Source: Octopus vulgaris (Eukaryota). From it: a stretch of DNA of 64,000 nucleotides. Where the stretch lies: NCBI GenBank assembly GCA_951406725.2, contig OX597826.1:82336001-82400000 (forward strand). Reading direction: 5' to 3'. The position numbers were made by a program, and so were the translations under genes. Positions 25,823-37,216 of this stretch are shown here, in pieces. Position 1 is the first letter of the stretch. Every line of letters begins with the position of its first letter. Under the pieces are notes generated by a model. That model did not search any database and was not told the DNA's origin. It saw only the letters and a list, made by a program, of their open reading frames with translations.

Positions 25823-26268
25823 ACTGTATATAATCTGCATGTGTATGCATGTGTGTGTGTGTGTGTGCGTGAGATTGTGTGTGTGTGTGTGTGTGTGTGC
25901 ATGTATGTACGTGTATGTGTACGTGTTTCTATACATATAAAAATATCTAGAGTTGAAAAATGTATATTTTTGTCTACTCTAACATTTTAAAGTTTAACAA
26001 AACACTATTAAAAGCAACCTGGGCCGCTCTGTTTGCTCAAACGCTTTGCTATAATGTAGCAAACTTCTCGCAAATTGCACTGTAGTAAAAACTCATCGGG
26101 CAAAGTATTCTAAATAAGGCAATACACAAGAGAAGAACACAATGGCGTTGGCGAAATTGTCTCTGGTGGTAGACAGCTGCCTCAGTCACAGCTGATTTGG
26201 AACAACGCCAACAACAGCAGAAGTTCAAAGAGTAACAGTAAAAATAGATCAAGAACAGCAACAACAGT

Positions 26269-26668
26269 GGAGGCGCAATGGCCCAGTGGTTAGGGCAGCG
26301 GACTCGCGGTCGGGAGATCGCGGTTTCGATTCCCAGATCGGGCGTTGTGTGTGTTTATTGAGCGAAAACACCTAAAGCTCCACGAGGCTCCGGCAGGGGG
26401 TGGCGGCGACCCCTGTTGTACTCTTTCGCCCCAACTTTCTCTCACTCTTTCTTCTTGTTTCTTGTCCCCGACTTCCTACGCAACCGCTGAGCCTGGATGC
26501 GCATTCATCCATCCGTCGATGGTCTCGGTGTCGGGGGTTGACCTGCGTTCTCTTCTGCGGGTCTTACGAATAGCAAAGGACCACGTTTCAGACTTCTCCC
26601 ACTAGAGAGGCGCGATCTTGCGAGCTCTGGGACGAAGACCGCTTCGCTCAACAAACAAACGAACAAAC
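26269..26668 (+). mobile_element. SINE family A, full length, tail type c, ending in (ACAA)n
   Basis: GGAGGCGCAATGGCCCAGTGGTTAGGGCAGCGGACTCGCGG..GGTTTCGATTCC intact tRNA-like head; unique tail after 26455. Confidence 0.9.
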
Positions 26669-27390
26669 ATCAGCAGCAGTTCAAAGAGTAAGAGTAAAAA
26701 TAGGATGGTCAAGAACAGCAACAACAGCACCTTTTACAACAAAAACAAGTACAGCAACAACAAGAATATTAACAACAATATCAGCAACAGGAACATCAGC
26801 GAACAACTAAGCGATATTAAAAGAAAAAATCGCTTCCATGTTTAGTCCATATTATGAGTTTTTTGTTGAAAATGTTTGATATTTTCTATACAGCAGCACC
26901 AGACCATGTCGTAAATATTCTATTAATCATTCTAAAATTTATAATTCATATCGATTTATTTCTGAAGCAAGATGGCGAAATAGTAGACAGCTTAGTGTAT
27001 CAGTTAAATTCTCTGTCGTTATTCGTTCCTTTTCTCGGTGGTTTGAGTAAAACTCAGTCTGGAGGTAAGCTTTCATTTTGATCCTTTCAGTCTCAACATA
27101 ATTATACACTGGAATCACGTTTCGTCTCTCTTGCTCTCTCTTGTCGTCTTTCTCTCTCACTCTCCTTCTCCCTCGCCCCCCCCTCTCTCTCACATATACA
27201 CACATTCTCCTTTCAGTCAGAAATTCGAAGGGACAAAGTTTATTGCATTGTTCCACACTGATTCAGCCTCAGGATAGTGTAAAGGATAACTTTTCATATT
27301 GACCCTGAAAAAGTGACCTTGGCCTTGAAAAGAACCAAGTCACCTTCTTCTACTTTTAATTACTGATAGAAAAAATAATTATATATGCAC

Positions 27391-27466
<76 letters not shown>

Positions 27467-27535
27467 TGATGTTCACATCGCTGAACTTTTGAATTCCTGA
27501 ATGTTTTTCTTTGAATTTTTTCTTATCTTTTTATA

Positions 27536-27536
27536 A

Positions 27537-27592
<56 letters not shown>

Positions 27593-27594
27593 CA

Positions 27595-27681
<87 letters not shown>
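27536..27681. repeat. (TTA)n, reading (TAA)n at the 3' end of the Dong-like LINE
   Basis: Directly visible. Confidence 0.95.
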
Positions 27682-27686
<5 letters not shown>

Positions 27687-28611
27687 TAGTTTTATTTTTA
27701 TAGCGTGCTTTCACTTCACTACCGAGCGCAGCTCTGTGTGCCTTGAGTATGTGCTGTGATTTGTTGTGATACTCTGATGGTTATTGTATGGAAAGTGTTC
27801 TGCGTAGGATGTGTGCAGTGCCTAGTAGTGCAATTTTCTGTATGTTATATGTGTTTGTAAGTCCTGGTGTTTTTGTTATGTATTTCTCTGAATATTTTTT
27901 TATCATGCCTAATGCACCTACTATGATAGGAATTGTTTCTGTTTTCAGATTCCACATTCTAGTTACCTCTATTTCCAGGTCTTTGTATTTTGAAAGTTTC
28001 TCCATTTCTTTTAGAGACACGTTGTCATCTGCTGGTGTTGATACATCAATTAGAAAGCATTTTTATTTCTTCATCATCTCTGACAACTATATCTGGTCTG
28101 TTAGCCTTAACTTCCCTATCTGTGTGTATTGGCGTATCCTAGAGTATGGTTGCTTTCTCGTTTTCTGTGACCTTTTCTGGTGTGTGCCTATACCATTTTT
28201 TTTCTGTTGTTATTCCATAATGTTGGCATAGCTTCCAGTGTATGTATGTCCCAACTCTGTCGTGTCTGTGAATATATTCCTTATAAGCCAGGACTGGGCA
28301 GCCAGAGGTAATATGATTTATTGTTTCTTGTCCATCTCCACATATTCTGCAGTTACTTGTAATATTTCTTTTCATTACATGTTTTTGGTAATTTCTGGTG
28401 GGGAGGCTTTGGTCTTGTGCTGCAATTAAAAATCCCTCTGTCTCTGCTTTGAGTCCTGAGCTTCTCAACCATTGTTGGGATTTTTCTTTGTCTATTTCTT
28501 TTGCATTTATTTTAGCCCAGTATTTACCATGAAGGGGCTTTTCTTGCCATCGTTTTATCATGGTTCTTTGCTTTTCTAGTTTTAATTTGGATTTCATTTG
28601 TTTTATAGCTT
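27682..28611 (-). mobile_element. 5'-truncated R4/Dong-clade non-LTR retrotransposon (CCHC and RLE domains, 3' UTR)
   Basis: WQEKPLHG, ETEGFLIAAQDQ, CRICGDGQETINHITSGC, RHD, RPDIV..LIDVS, EKLSKYKDL, IPIIVGALG, IQKIALLGTAHILRR; one in-frame stop at ~28139; followed by (TAA)n. Confidence 0.92.
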
Positions 28612-28876
28612 TTCTTCTTCTTCTTCTTCTTCTTCTTCTTCTTCTTCTTCTTCTTCTTCTTCTTCTTCTTCTTCTTCTTCTTCTTCTTCTTCTTCTTCTC
28701 TCTTCTTCTTCTTCTTCTTCTTCTTCTTCTTCTTCTTCTTCTTCTTCTTCTTCTCTTCCTCTTCTTCTTCTTCTTCTTCTTCTTCTTCTTCTTCTTCTTC
28801 CTCTGCTTCCTCTGCTTCCTCTTCTTCTTCTTCCTCTTCTTCTCCTTCTTCTACTCCTTCTTCTTCTTCTTCTTCT

Positions 28877-28909
<33 letters not shown>

Positions 28910-29049
28910 CCTTCTTCTTCTTCTTCTCCTTCTTCTCCTTCTTCTTCTTCTTCTTCTTCTTCTTCTCCTTCTTCTTCTTCTTCTTCTTCTTCTTCTCCTT
29001 CTTCTTCTTCTTCTTCTTCTTCTTCTTCTTCTTCTCTTCTTCTTCTCCT

Positions 29050-29085
<36 letters not shown>

Positions 29086-29391
29086 GCTTCCTCTGCTTCT
29101 TCTTCTTCTTCTTCTTCTTCTTCTTCTTCTTCTTCTTCTCCTTCTTCTTCTTCTTCTTCTTCTCCTTCTTCTTCTCCTTCTTCTTCTTCTTCTTCTTCTT
29201 CTTCTTCTTCTTCTCCTTCTTCTTCTTCTTCTTCTTCTTCTCCTTCTTCTTCTCCTTCTTCTTCTTCTTCTTCTTCTTCTTCTTCTTCTTCTCCTTCTTC
29301 TCCTTCTTCTTCTCCTTCTTCTTCTCCTTCTTCTCCTTCTTCTTCTCCTTCTTCTTCTTCTTCTTCTTCTTCTTCTTCTCCTCCTCCTTCT

Positions 29392-29424
<33 letters not shown>

Positions 29425-30242
29425 CCTTCTTCTTCTTCTTCTTCTCCTCCTCCTTCTTCTTCTTCTTCTTCTTCTTCTTCTTCTCTTCTTCTCCTTCTTC
29501 TTCTTCTCCTTCTTCTCCTTCTTCTCCTTCTTCTTCTTCTTTTTCTTCTTCTTCTCCTTCTCCTTCTTCTTCTTCTTCTTCTTCTTTCTTCTTCTTCTTC
29601 TTCTTCTTCTTCTTCTTCTTCTTCTTCTTCTTCTTCTTCTTCTTCTTCTTCTTCTTCTTCTTCTTCTTCTTCTTCTTCTCCTTCTTCTTCTCCTTCTTGT
29701 CCTTCTTCTTCTTCTTCTTCTTCTTCTTCTTCTTCTTCTTCTCCTTCTTCTTCTTCTTCTTCTTCTTCTTCTTCTCCTTCTTCTCCTTCTTCTCCTTCTT
29801 CTTCTTCTTCTTCTTCTTCTTCTTCTTCTTCTTCTTCTCCTTCTCCTTTTTCTTCTTCTTCTTCTTCTTCTTCTTCTTCTTCTTCTCCTTCTCCTTCTTC
29901 TTCTTCTTCTTCTTCTCCTTCTTCTCCCTCTTCTTCTTCATCTTCTTCTTTTTCATCTTCTTCTTCTTCTTTTTCATCTTCTTCTTCTTCTTCTTCTTCT
30001 CCTTCTCCTTCTTCTTCTTCTTCTTCTTCTCCTTCTTCTCCTCTCTTCTTCTTCATCTTCTTCTTTTTCATTTTTCTTTTTCATCTTCTTCTTCTTCTTC
30101 TTCTCCTCCTTCTTCTTCTTCTTCTTCTTCTTCTTCTCCTTCTTCTTCTCCTTCTTCTTCTTCTTCTTCTCCTTCTTCTCCTTCTTCTTCTTCTTCTTCT
30201 TCTTCTTCTCCTCCTCCTCCTTCTTCTTCTTCTCCTCCTCCT

Positions 30243-30275
<33 letters not shown>

Positions 30276-30608
30276 CCTTCTTCTTCTTCTTCTTCTTCTC
30301 CTTCTTCTTCTTCTTCTTCTTCTTCTTCTTCTCCTCCTCCTTCTTCTCCTTCTTCTTCTTCTTCTTCCTCTTCTTCTCCTTCTTCTTCTTCTTCTTCTTC
30401 TTCTCCTTCTTCTCCTTCTTCTTCTTCTTCTTCTTCTTCTTCTCCTTCTTCTCCTTCTTCTTCTTCTTCTTCTTCTTCTTCTTCTCCTCCTCCTCCTCCT
30501 TCTTCTTCTTCTCCTCCTCCTTCTTCTTCTCCTTCTTCTTCTCCTTCTTCTTCCGCTTCTTCTCCTTCTTCTTCTTCTTCTTCTTCTTCTCCTTCTCCTC
30601 CTCCTTCT

Positions 30609-30643
<35 letters not shown>

Positions 30644-30724
30644 TTTTTCTTCCACTTCTTCTTCTTCTTCTTCTTCTTCTTCTCCTCCTCCTTCTTCTTC
30701 TTCTTCTTCTTCTTCTTCTCCTCC

Positions 30725-30756
<32 letters not shown>

Positions 30757-30831
30757 TTCTCCTTCTTCTTCTTCTCCTTCTTCTTCTTCTTCTTCTTCTT
30801 CTTCTTCTTCTTCTTCTTCTTCTTCTTCTTT
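28612..30831. repeat. ~2.2-kb imperfect (TTC)n/(CTC)n polypyrimidine/polypurine tract
   Basis: Directly visible; produces the 300-800 aa poly-K/E/R/S/F/L ORFs. Confidence 0.97.
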
Positions 30832-30969
30832 TCTGTTTTGTTATTAAAAGCACAAGGAAACTTTTGGGCATGTTTATGCCTTTGTTTTTGCCCCTGAAGA
30901 GAAGAATTTTTCTTCCCCGAAAACGAAAACGCTCGGTAGTGTTAATAGAAAAATAAAGCATATTTAGAA

Positions 30970-31133
30970 TGGTGGCGTCAACAATGAGGACGATGACCGT
31001 TGAATGAGCAAAGTGGGGGATCGCTTTACCTCCAAACCTCATCTAACAGCCGAAGACTTGCCCCCTCTCCCCCTTCATTCAGTCACTCAACTGCGAAGCG
31101 CGTGCAAGTCGAGCGGTGATGGTGGTGGTAGCT

Positions 31134-31168
<35 letters not shown>

Positions 31169-32280
31169 CAGCAGCGGCAGCGGGGGTGACAAGAAGGAGA
31201 CCACCACCACCACCACCACCAGCAACAGGAAGTTGAATAACGTCAAACAGCTAAAAGACAACGACTGCAGCACCATCACCATCACCATCACCATCACCAT
31301 CACCATCAGCATCACCATCACCATCACCACATAGAGAGTGACAAGGAAGGCACCGATATCAGCAACACGAACAACAATAATATGAACAGCAGCAACAACA
31401 GAAACACGTTGAGTAGCATGAAGTGGGAGGTGGTCATGGAAAGATTGAGAGGAGACAGTTCAATGGAGAAAGACTGAGAGGAAGCAAGAGTTAATGGAAC
31501 CCCCTTCTAGATTTCTCCAAGGATTTCTGAAAACGAACCTTATTCTAGCGGTATATCTCGGTGAGGAAGCACAACCTGGAGAATGCAAATAATACCCAGC
31601 TTGAAAGGACGGCTAAACATGGGACAACATCGAGTACGTGCCTAGGGTCAAGCAGTAACAGGGATATAGAATTCTTCTTCAAAACTGAAATCCTCGCTGC
31701 TCAGCAACACTTTGTGAACTTGTGGTGGAATGAGGTCACCACTTTGTACCCTAGCCGTTTGGGCTGGACAGCGGCCTTGAATATAAGCTCTAGGCATCCC
31801 GCCGGGGGACAGCTTGCATTTGTTGGTATCCTGCGTGACACGAGAGGATAGTGACACGCTACTGGATGTCCAACAAATGAATCGGGAGAACTATTCTGGG
31901 ACCAAACTTTCGATATAAAACCGGAGTATCTGGAAAGTATTCCAGATGAGATCTCCCTGAAAATACGAGGAAGCTAGATGTAGTTGTGGAAATGAGAAAA
32001 TATAGATGCCATGTGTGAGAGGGAAGCGACCAAAAAAAAAGAATTCTGAGCCCATAATCCCAGAAAGGCGGGGGAAAGAGGGCTCAACTTCTAACAACGC
32101 CATCACCACAACAGCGACAACAACAACAACAACAACATTAACAAGATCATATCTAAATATAGATGCAACGCAAATATCATCAGGACCAACGGAGGAAGCA
32201 GAATCGTTTGCAGCAGAGACATCATCCGCCGCCGCTGCAGGATGGAAGTTGGTCCGACACATATCCCTGGCTGGAGCTCT
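30970..32280 (+). mobile_element. Decayed LINE ORF1-like (gag/Tx1-type) region with (GCA)n, (CAC)n and (CACCAT)n in its N-terminal part
   Basis: IEYV..NRDIEFFFKTE..IPDEISL..LDVVVEMRKYRCHV (decayed zinc-knuckle start) resembles the 13000-14130 relic; many stops. Confidence 0.4.
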
Positions 32281-32502
32281 CAACTACACACAGACACACA
32301 CACATGAGCAAATATGCATAGTAAGTTATATCACGCACACACGTATACACACACATATACTTATACATATGTATACATACATACATACATACAAGCATAC
32401 ACATACATACATGCATACACACTTACATACGTAATGCATGCACACATACATACAGGCATAAACGTGCATACACACGTGTATATATATCGTTTCTCTCGCT
32501 CG

Positions 32503-32583
<81 letters not shown>

Positions 32584-32731
32584 TGTGTTTCCACATATAT
32601 ATACACACATACATATGTAAACCTATCTATCTATCTATCTATCTATTTATGTATGTGTGTATGTATCTATCTATACATACATACATATATATATATATAC
32701 ATATATTAATTTTATTTTATCGCATTTTGAA

Positions 32732-32776
<45 letters not shown>

Positions 32777-33015
32777 CAAAAGCAATTAAGATTCAAGTGA
32801 GTTCTGTTGAATTCACATGCATTTACATCTTCAATTTCATTTTCATTTTCTGGAAAACTAAGAGGTTTTTAAAAATACTTTTTTATATGACTGTGCAACA
32901 CTAATAGAACTTTTAGAAGTCCATTTGTTACCTAAATCTCATTTTTATAGAACTATACCTGATGTTTCAGGAGTGTAACATCACCCCCTTAGATGTTTGG
33001 AAAACTCAGTTGTTT

Positions 33016-33104
33016 TTTCGGCTGATGAGTACGGGTCACTTATATTTACTGCAATATTTGCAGCCTTAATAAAGCTGTCTTCGTACGAAACAATTGTACC
33101 GAAA
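33016..33104 (+). ncRNA. Type I hammerhead ribozyme, canonical core, long stem II
   Basis: Stem I TTTCGG (33016-21)/CCGAAA (33099-104); CTGATGA (33022-28); stem II GTACG (33029-33)/CGTAC (33082-86); GAAA; stem III AC-AATT-GT; cleavage triplet GUA (33096-98). Confidence 0.85.
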
Positions 33105-33130
33105 TATTGATCCATTCTTGTTGCTTTATT

Positions 33131-33164
<34 letters not shown>

Positions 33165-33591
33165 TAAACATGTGAAGTATTATTACTGTAAACAAGAGTA
33201 ACAATGAGGTGGCTAGCAAGACTTCTACCTGAACAGGTGTAATATATATGTATTCTCTTCATGCTCGTCAATCAGATTCATTGTTAATTTCTCGTTCTGT
33301 CTGTCTGTCTAGCGGAAGAAAATTGATACGTTACAGATATATATGACACCAATTATATATGTAGAACATTATAACTCTTTGAAAAATATATCAGCAGTCA
33401 TATTAATCCTCCTTGATGCAAATATATTTTCAAAGGCATAAAATACGTGGTGGGGAACAGCAGGTAGTTTCTGGAAAACTTTCAATGTAAATAACTTATA
33501 TAGAATATAGACTTTTATGTTACTCTGAATGCTAACCTTAACAATCGCAGTTGATTTCGTAACAACGTTAAATTTATATAATGTAAACAAA

Positions 33592-34026
<435 letters not shown>

Positions 34027-34895
34027 GTATATTAACCTTTTTTCATGTATATTAGCAGTTTTCATATATATGCATACGTATGCATACAGATACATACATA
34101 CCTAAGCGTATAAAAAAAAGCAATTTTAAAGTTGAATAAGTTTGAAATTCTAATTGATATCGTTCGTGAAGCACGAAGTTTATTCCGTTGACATTTGTAA
34201 TGATAGAGACAAGAATTTAGTTTACAAAATTACATTAAATATAAAATTATAAGAAAAGAAATCAACAAAACGAAGGAGGAAATATAAAATATATGTAATG
34301 TAGAATATTAACGCGATCATGGTTCAGAAAATTATATTTGATATTGATTTCTTGCCCTAATGCTAATGTAGGAGAAAATAACTGACAATTGCTCCAACGA
34401 AACAAAGAACGATCCAGACGCACAACTCAATGCGTCTTGTTGATTAATGATAAAATATTGTCTCACAAAATATCATATAACAATGATTGTTATCATAGGT
34501 ATATGGACACATGTTGCTCGAGGGCGTTGGGTGAATTTCGATTTGAAGTATAAAAGTGACGTTTAACTATGATATAAACCCGAGAAGGATCGAGACATTA
34601 ACGAATTCTCTAGATAAGCTTACAGAAAAATGTTCGGTTCAACGGATTAATACTGCATAACAACATTTAGGTAAATATTTCTCCTCCAATCTATTCATAT
34701 ATGTTGTATAATATATTTTAATCTACAGTATCAAAGCCCGATAATTCCCTTTCTCGTAGGTTGTCCCAATCAGACGGGCTGTGATCGATTTCGTTCACTA
34801 TTTTCTAGAAAGGCTTCAAGAATTTCTTCTTGTCTAATTTCAATTTTTCTATTTTCTATTTCACTGTCTATCATTAATCCCAGTGATTTATAGAT

Positions 34896-35049
34896 GTCGT
34901 CTTCTTCATCTTCTTCTTCTTCATCATCTTCTTCATCTTCTTCTTCTTCTTCTTCTTCTTCTTCTTCTTCTTCTTCTTCTTCTTCTTCTTCTTCTTCTTC
35001 TTCTTCTTCTTCTTCTTCCTCTTTTCTCCTCCTCCTCTTCCTCCTCCTC

Positions 35050-35095
<46 letters not shown>

Positions 35096-35244
35096 TTCTT
35101 CTTCTTCTTCTTCTCCTCTTCTTCTTCTTTTTCTCCTCGTCCTCGTCCTCCTTCTTCTTCTTCTTCTTCTCCTCGTCCTCGTCCTCCTTCTTCTTCTTCT
35201 TCTTCTTCTTCTTCTTCTTCTTCTTCTTCTTCTTCTTCTTCTTC
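34896..35244. repeat. (TTC)n/(CTC)n tract
   Basis: Directly visible. Confidence 0.95.
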
Positions 35245-36550
35245 AATAACGGTGTCCAGGAGCCATGTCACAGGCTGCGTCATCTTCTTCAACTTGTCAT
35301 CGGGATCAAAATCTGTTTTGAAAGGGGAGTTTGGGACAGTTTTGCAGCGTCTCTTTCAAGTACTTCATTATTGGGATGCAACTGTGGTTTGGTGGAATAT
35401 CTTGGTACAGATGGAATATCTTGATCGCTATAATATTTTAGTAAGTACACCATTATAAGAACTCAACGGTTTTGTTTTTGGATAAATATTTAGTCCTATT
35501 TACGATGTCATAAGCACTATTCTTTTTCTAGACATTTTGGTAATTCTTGTCTTATTTTAGTACTAACTCCATTTCACTACTATTCAAACACCCTGGTCCT
35601 CCCCCCCCCTTTATATAGAAATAACATGTAAATATTTCCCTAGACCATTACTAGTTCGCTCTTTTGCCTATCGACTTCAAGCTCCACGCTGCAAGATGGT
35701 ACAGTTTTAATATAATGAGCCTTCTGGCCCCTTCTCGAGGCCCGGTTCTTTCCTAATCCCTCTTCCCTTTGTTTATTTTATTTTACACTTTCGTATTCAC
35801 TCTCATAAAGCTCCATGTACTAGATCAAATGTGCTATAAAGATGACGAATATTATTTTCGGAATTTCTTTCCTAAGCATCGACTAACACTGGATACGGAA
35901 ACGGCCATAGGAAATGTTAGGTGATGCTTTGTATTAAAAAATATTCAACGGATGTGGTTCAATTTGTGGATCAAAAGTTTCCTCCATCTGACACTTCTTT
36001 ACCTTTTACATTATTATAACTCTCTCTCCCCCCATTCCTTCTATCTTTTTACACTCTATTACCTTTCTCTCCCTATCACCCTTATCTCCCCATTCCTACT
36101 TTCAAACTATCTCCACTGACCACTAACTGGTACACTTTCCCTTATTATCTCTCTCATTGTTTTTCTTTTTTCTTCTTTTCTTCTTTTCTTTATTTCTCTC
36201 TTCCTGTTTTTTCTTCTACTTTTTTCTTCTTTTTTCTTCTTTTTTTTCTCTTTTCTTTAATCCCTCTCTTTCTGTTTTCGATTTGACCTTACAAACACAT
36301 TCCTCAATTTAGATAAACCCTCGATTCAATAGCACTGTGTACAAACGCTATACTTGGAATGACCAACTTTAAATACTATCGGAATTTACTCACAAGTTTT
36401 TGGAATCTTATATGTATACTATTCCGCCTAAATAATGGATCTACAAATGCAATATCCCTGGATATCTGACATCTGTTTTCATTCCTCCACTTCACTCTCT
36501 ATTTCATTTCTTATCTAAATTAACTATTGATTAACCATCTTCTCACACCG

Positions 36551-36596
36551 TCTCCGATGAAGAGATATAAAAAATATCCCGGAAACAGCTGTAAGA
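36551..36596 (+). ncRNA. Type I HHR-like motif (U4C variant) in a probable PLE terminal remnant
   Basis: TCT-CCGATGA-A-GAGATAT aaaaa ATATCCC-G-GAAAC AGCT GTA-AGA, with palindromic stem III ACAGCTGT. Confidence 0.65.
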
Positions 36597-36664
36597 GCTT
36601 CTATTTATAAATGTTCTAAAAGACTTGGTTTGTTTTTTTTCTTTCATTCTGAAAAAAATATTAT

Positions 36665-36750
<86 letters not shown>

Positions 36751-36809
36751 GTATATCATTCCATTAGCGAACGATCCTCTCGTTTGCATTTTTTCTTACT
36801 CGTTCACCT

Positions 36810-37088
36810 GTGCGTGTGCTCCACGAGGCTCTGGTAGGGTCTGGCGGCGAACGCTGCTGTATTCTTTCACCACAACTTTCTCTCACTCTTTCTTCCTGTT
36901 TCTGTTGTACCTGTATTTCAAAGGGCCAGCCTTGTTACACACTGTGTCACGCTGAATCTCCCTGAGAACTACATTAAGGGTACACGTGTCTGTGGCATGC
37001 TCAGCCATTCGCTCGTTAATTCCACGAGCAGGCTGTTCCGTTGATCGGATCAACTGGAACCTTCGTCACCGTAACTGACGGAGTGCCG
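36810..37088 (+). mobile_element. SINE family A, 5'-truncated, tail type a
   Basis: GCTCCACGAGGCTC..CACAACTTTCTCTCACTCTTTCTTC..GATCGGATCAACTGGAACC..GACGGAGTGC. Confidence 0.88.
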
Positions 37089-37166
37089 CGATCCATCAAT
37101 CTATAATATAACACAGTATATATACACATGAATTCATATACATGTAGACGCCTATATAATTTATAA

Positions 37167-37216
<50 letters not shown>

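Noticed and set aside
26600-26616. CTCF-like CCACTAGAGAGGCGC in SINE tail c
   Set aside because: Needs a 1-nt gap to fit the motif, and only one copy is available.
28139-31042. Long ORFs of 324-798 aa
   Set aside because: Translations of the stop-free (TTC)n tract; only the C-terminal ~155 aa of 28139-29977 are real (Dong ORF).
31117-31400. Poly-Q/A/H stretch resembling a transcription-factor exon
   Set aside because: Stops occur in all frames nearby, there is no clear splice context, and it adjoins a decayed ORF1-like relic.
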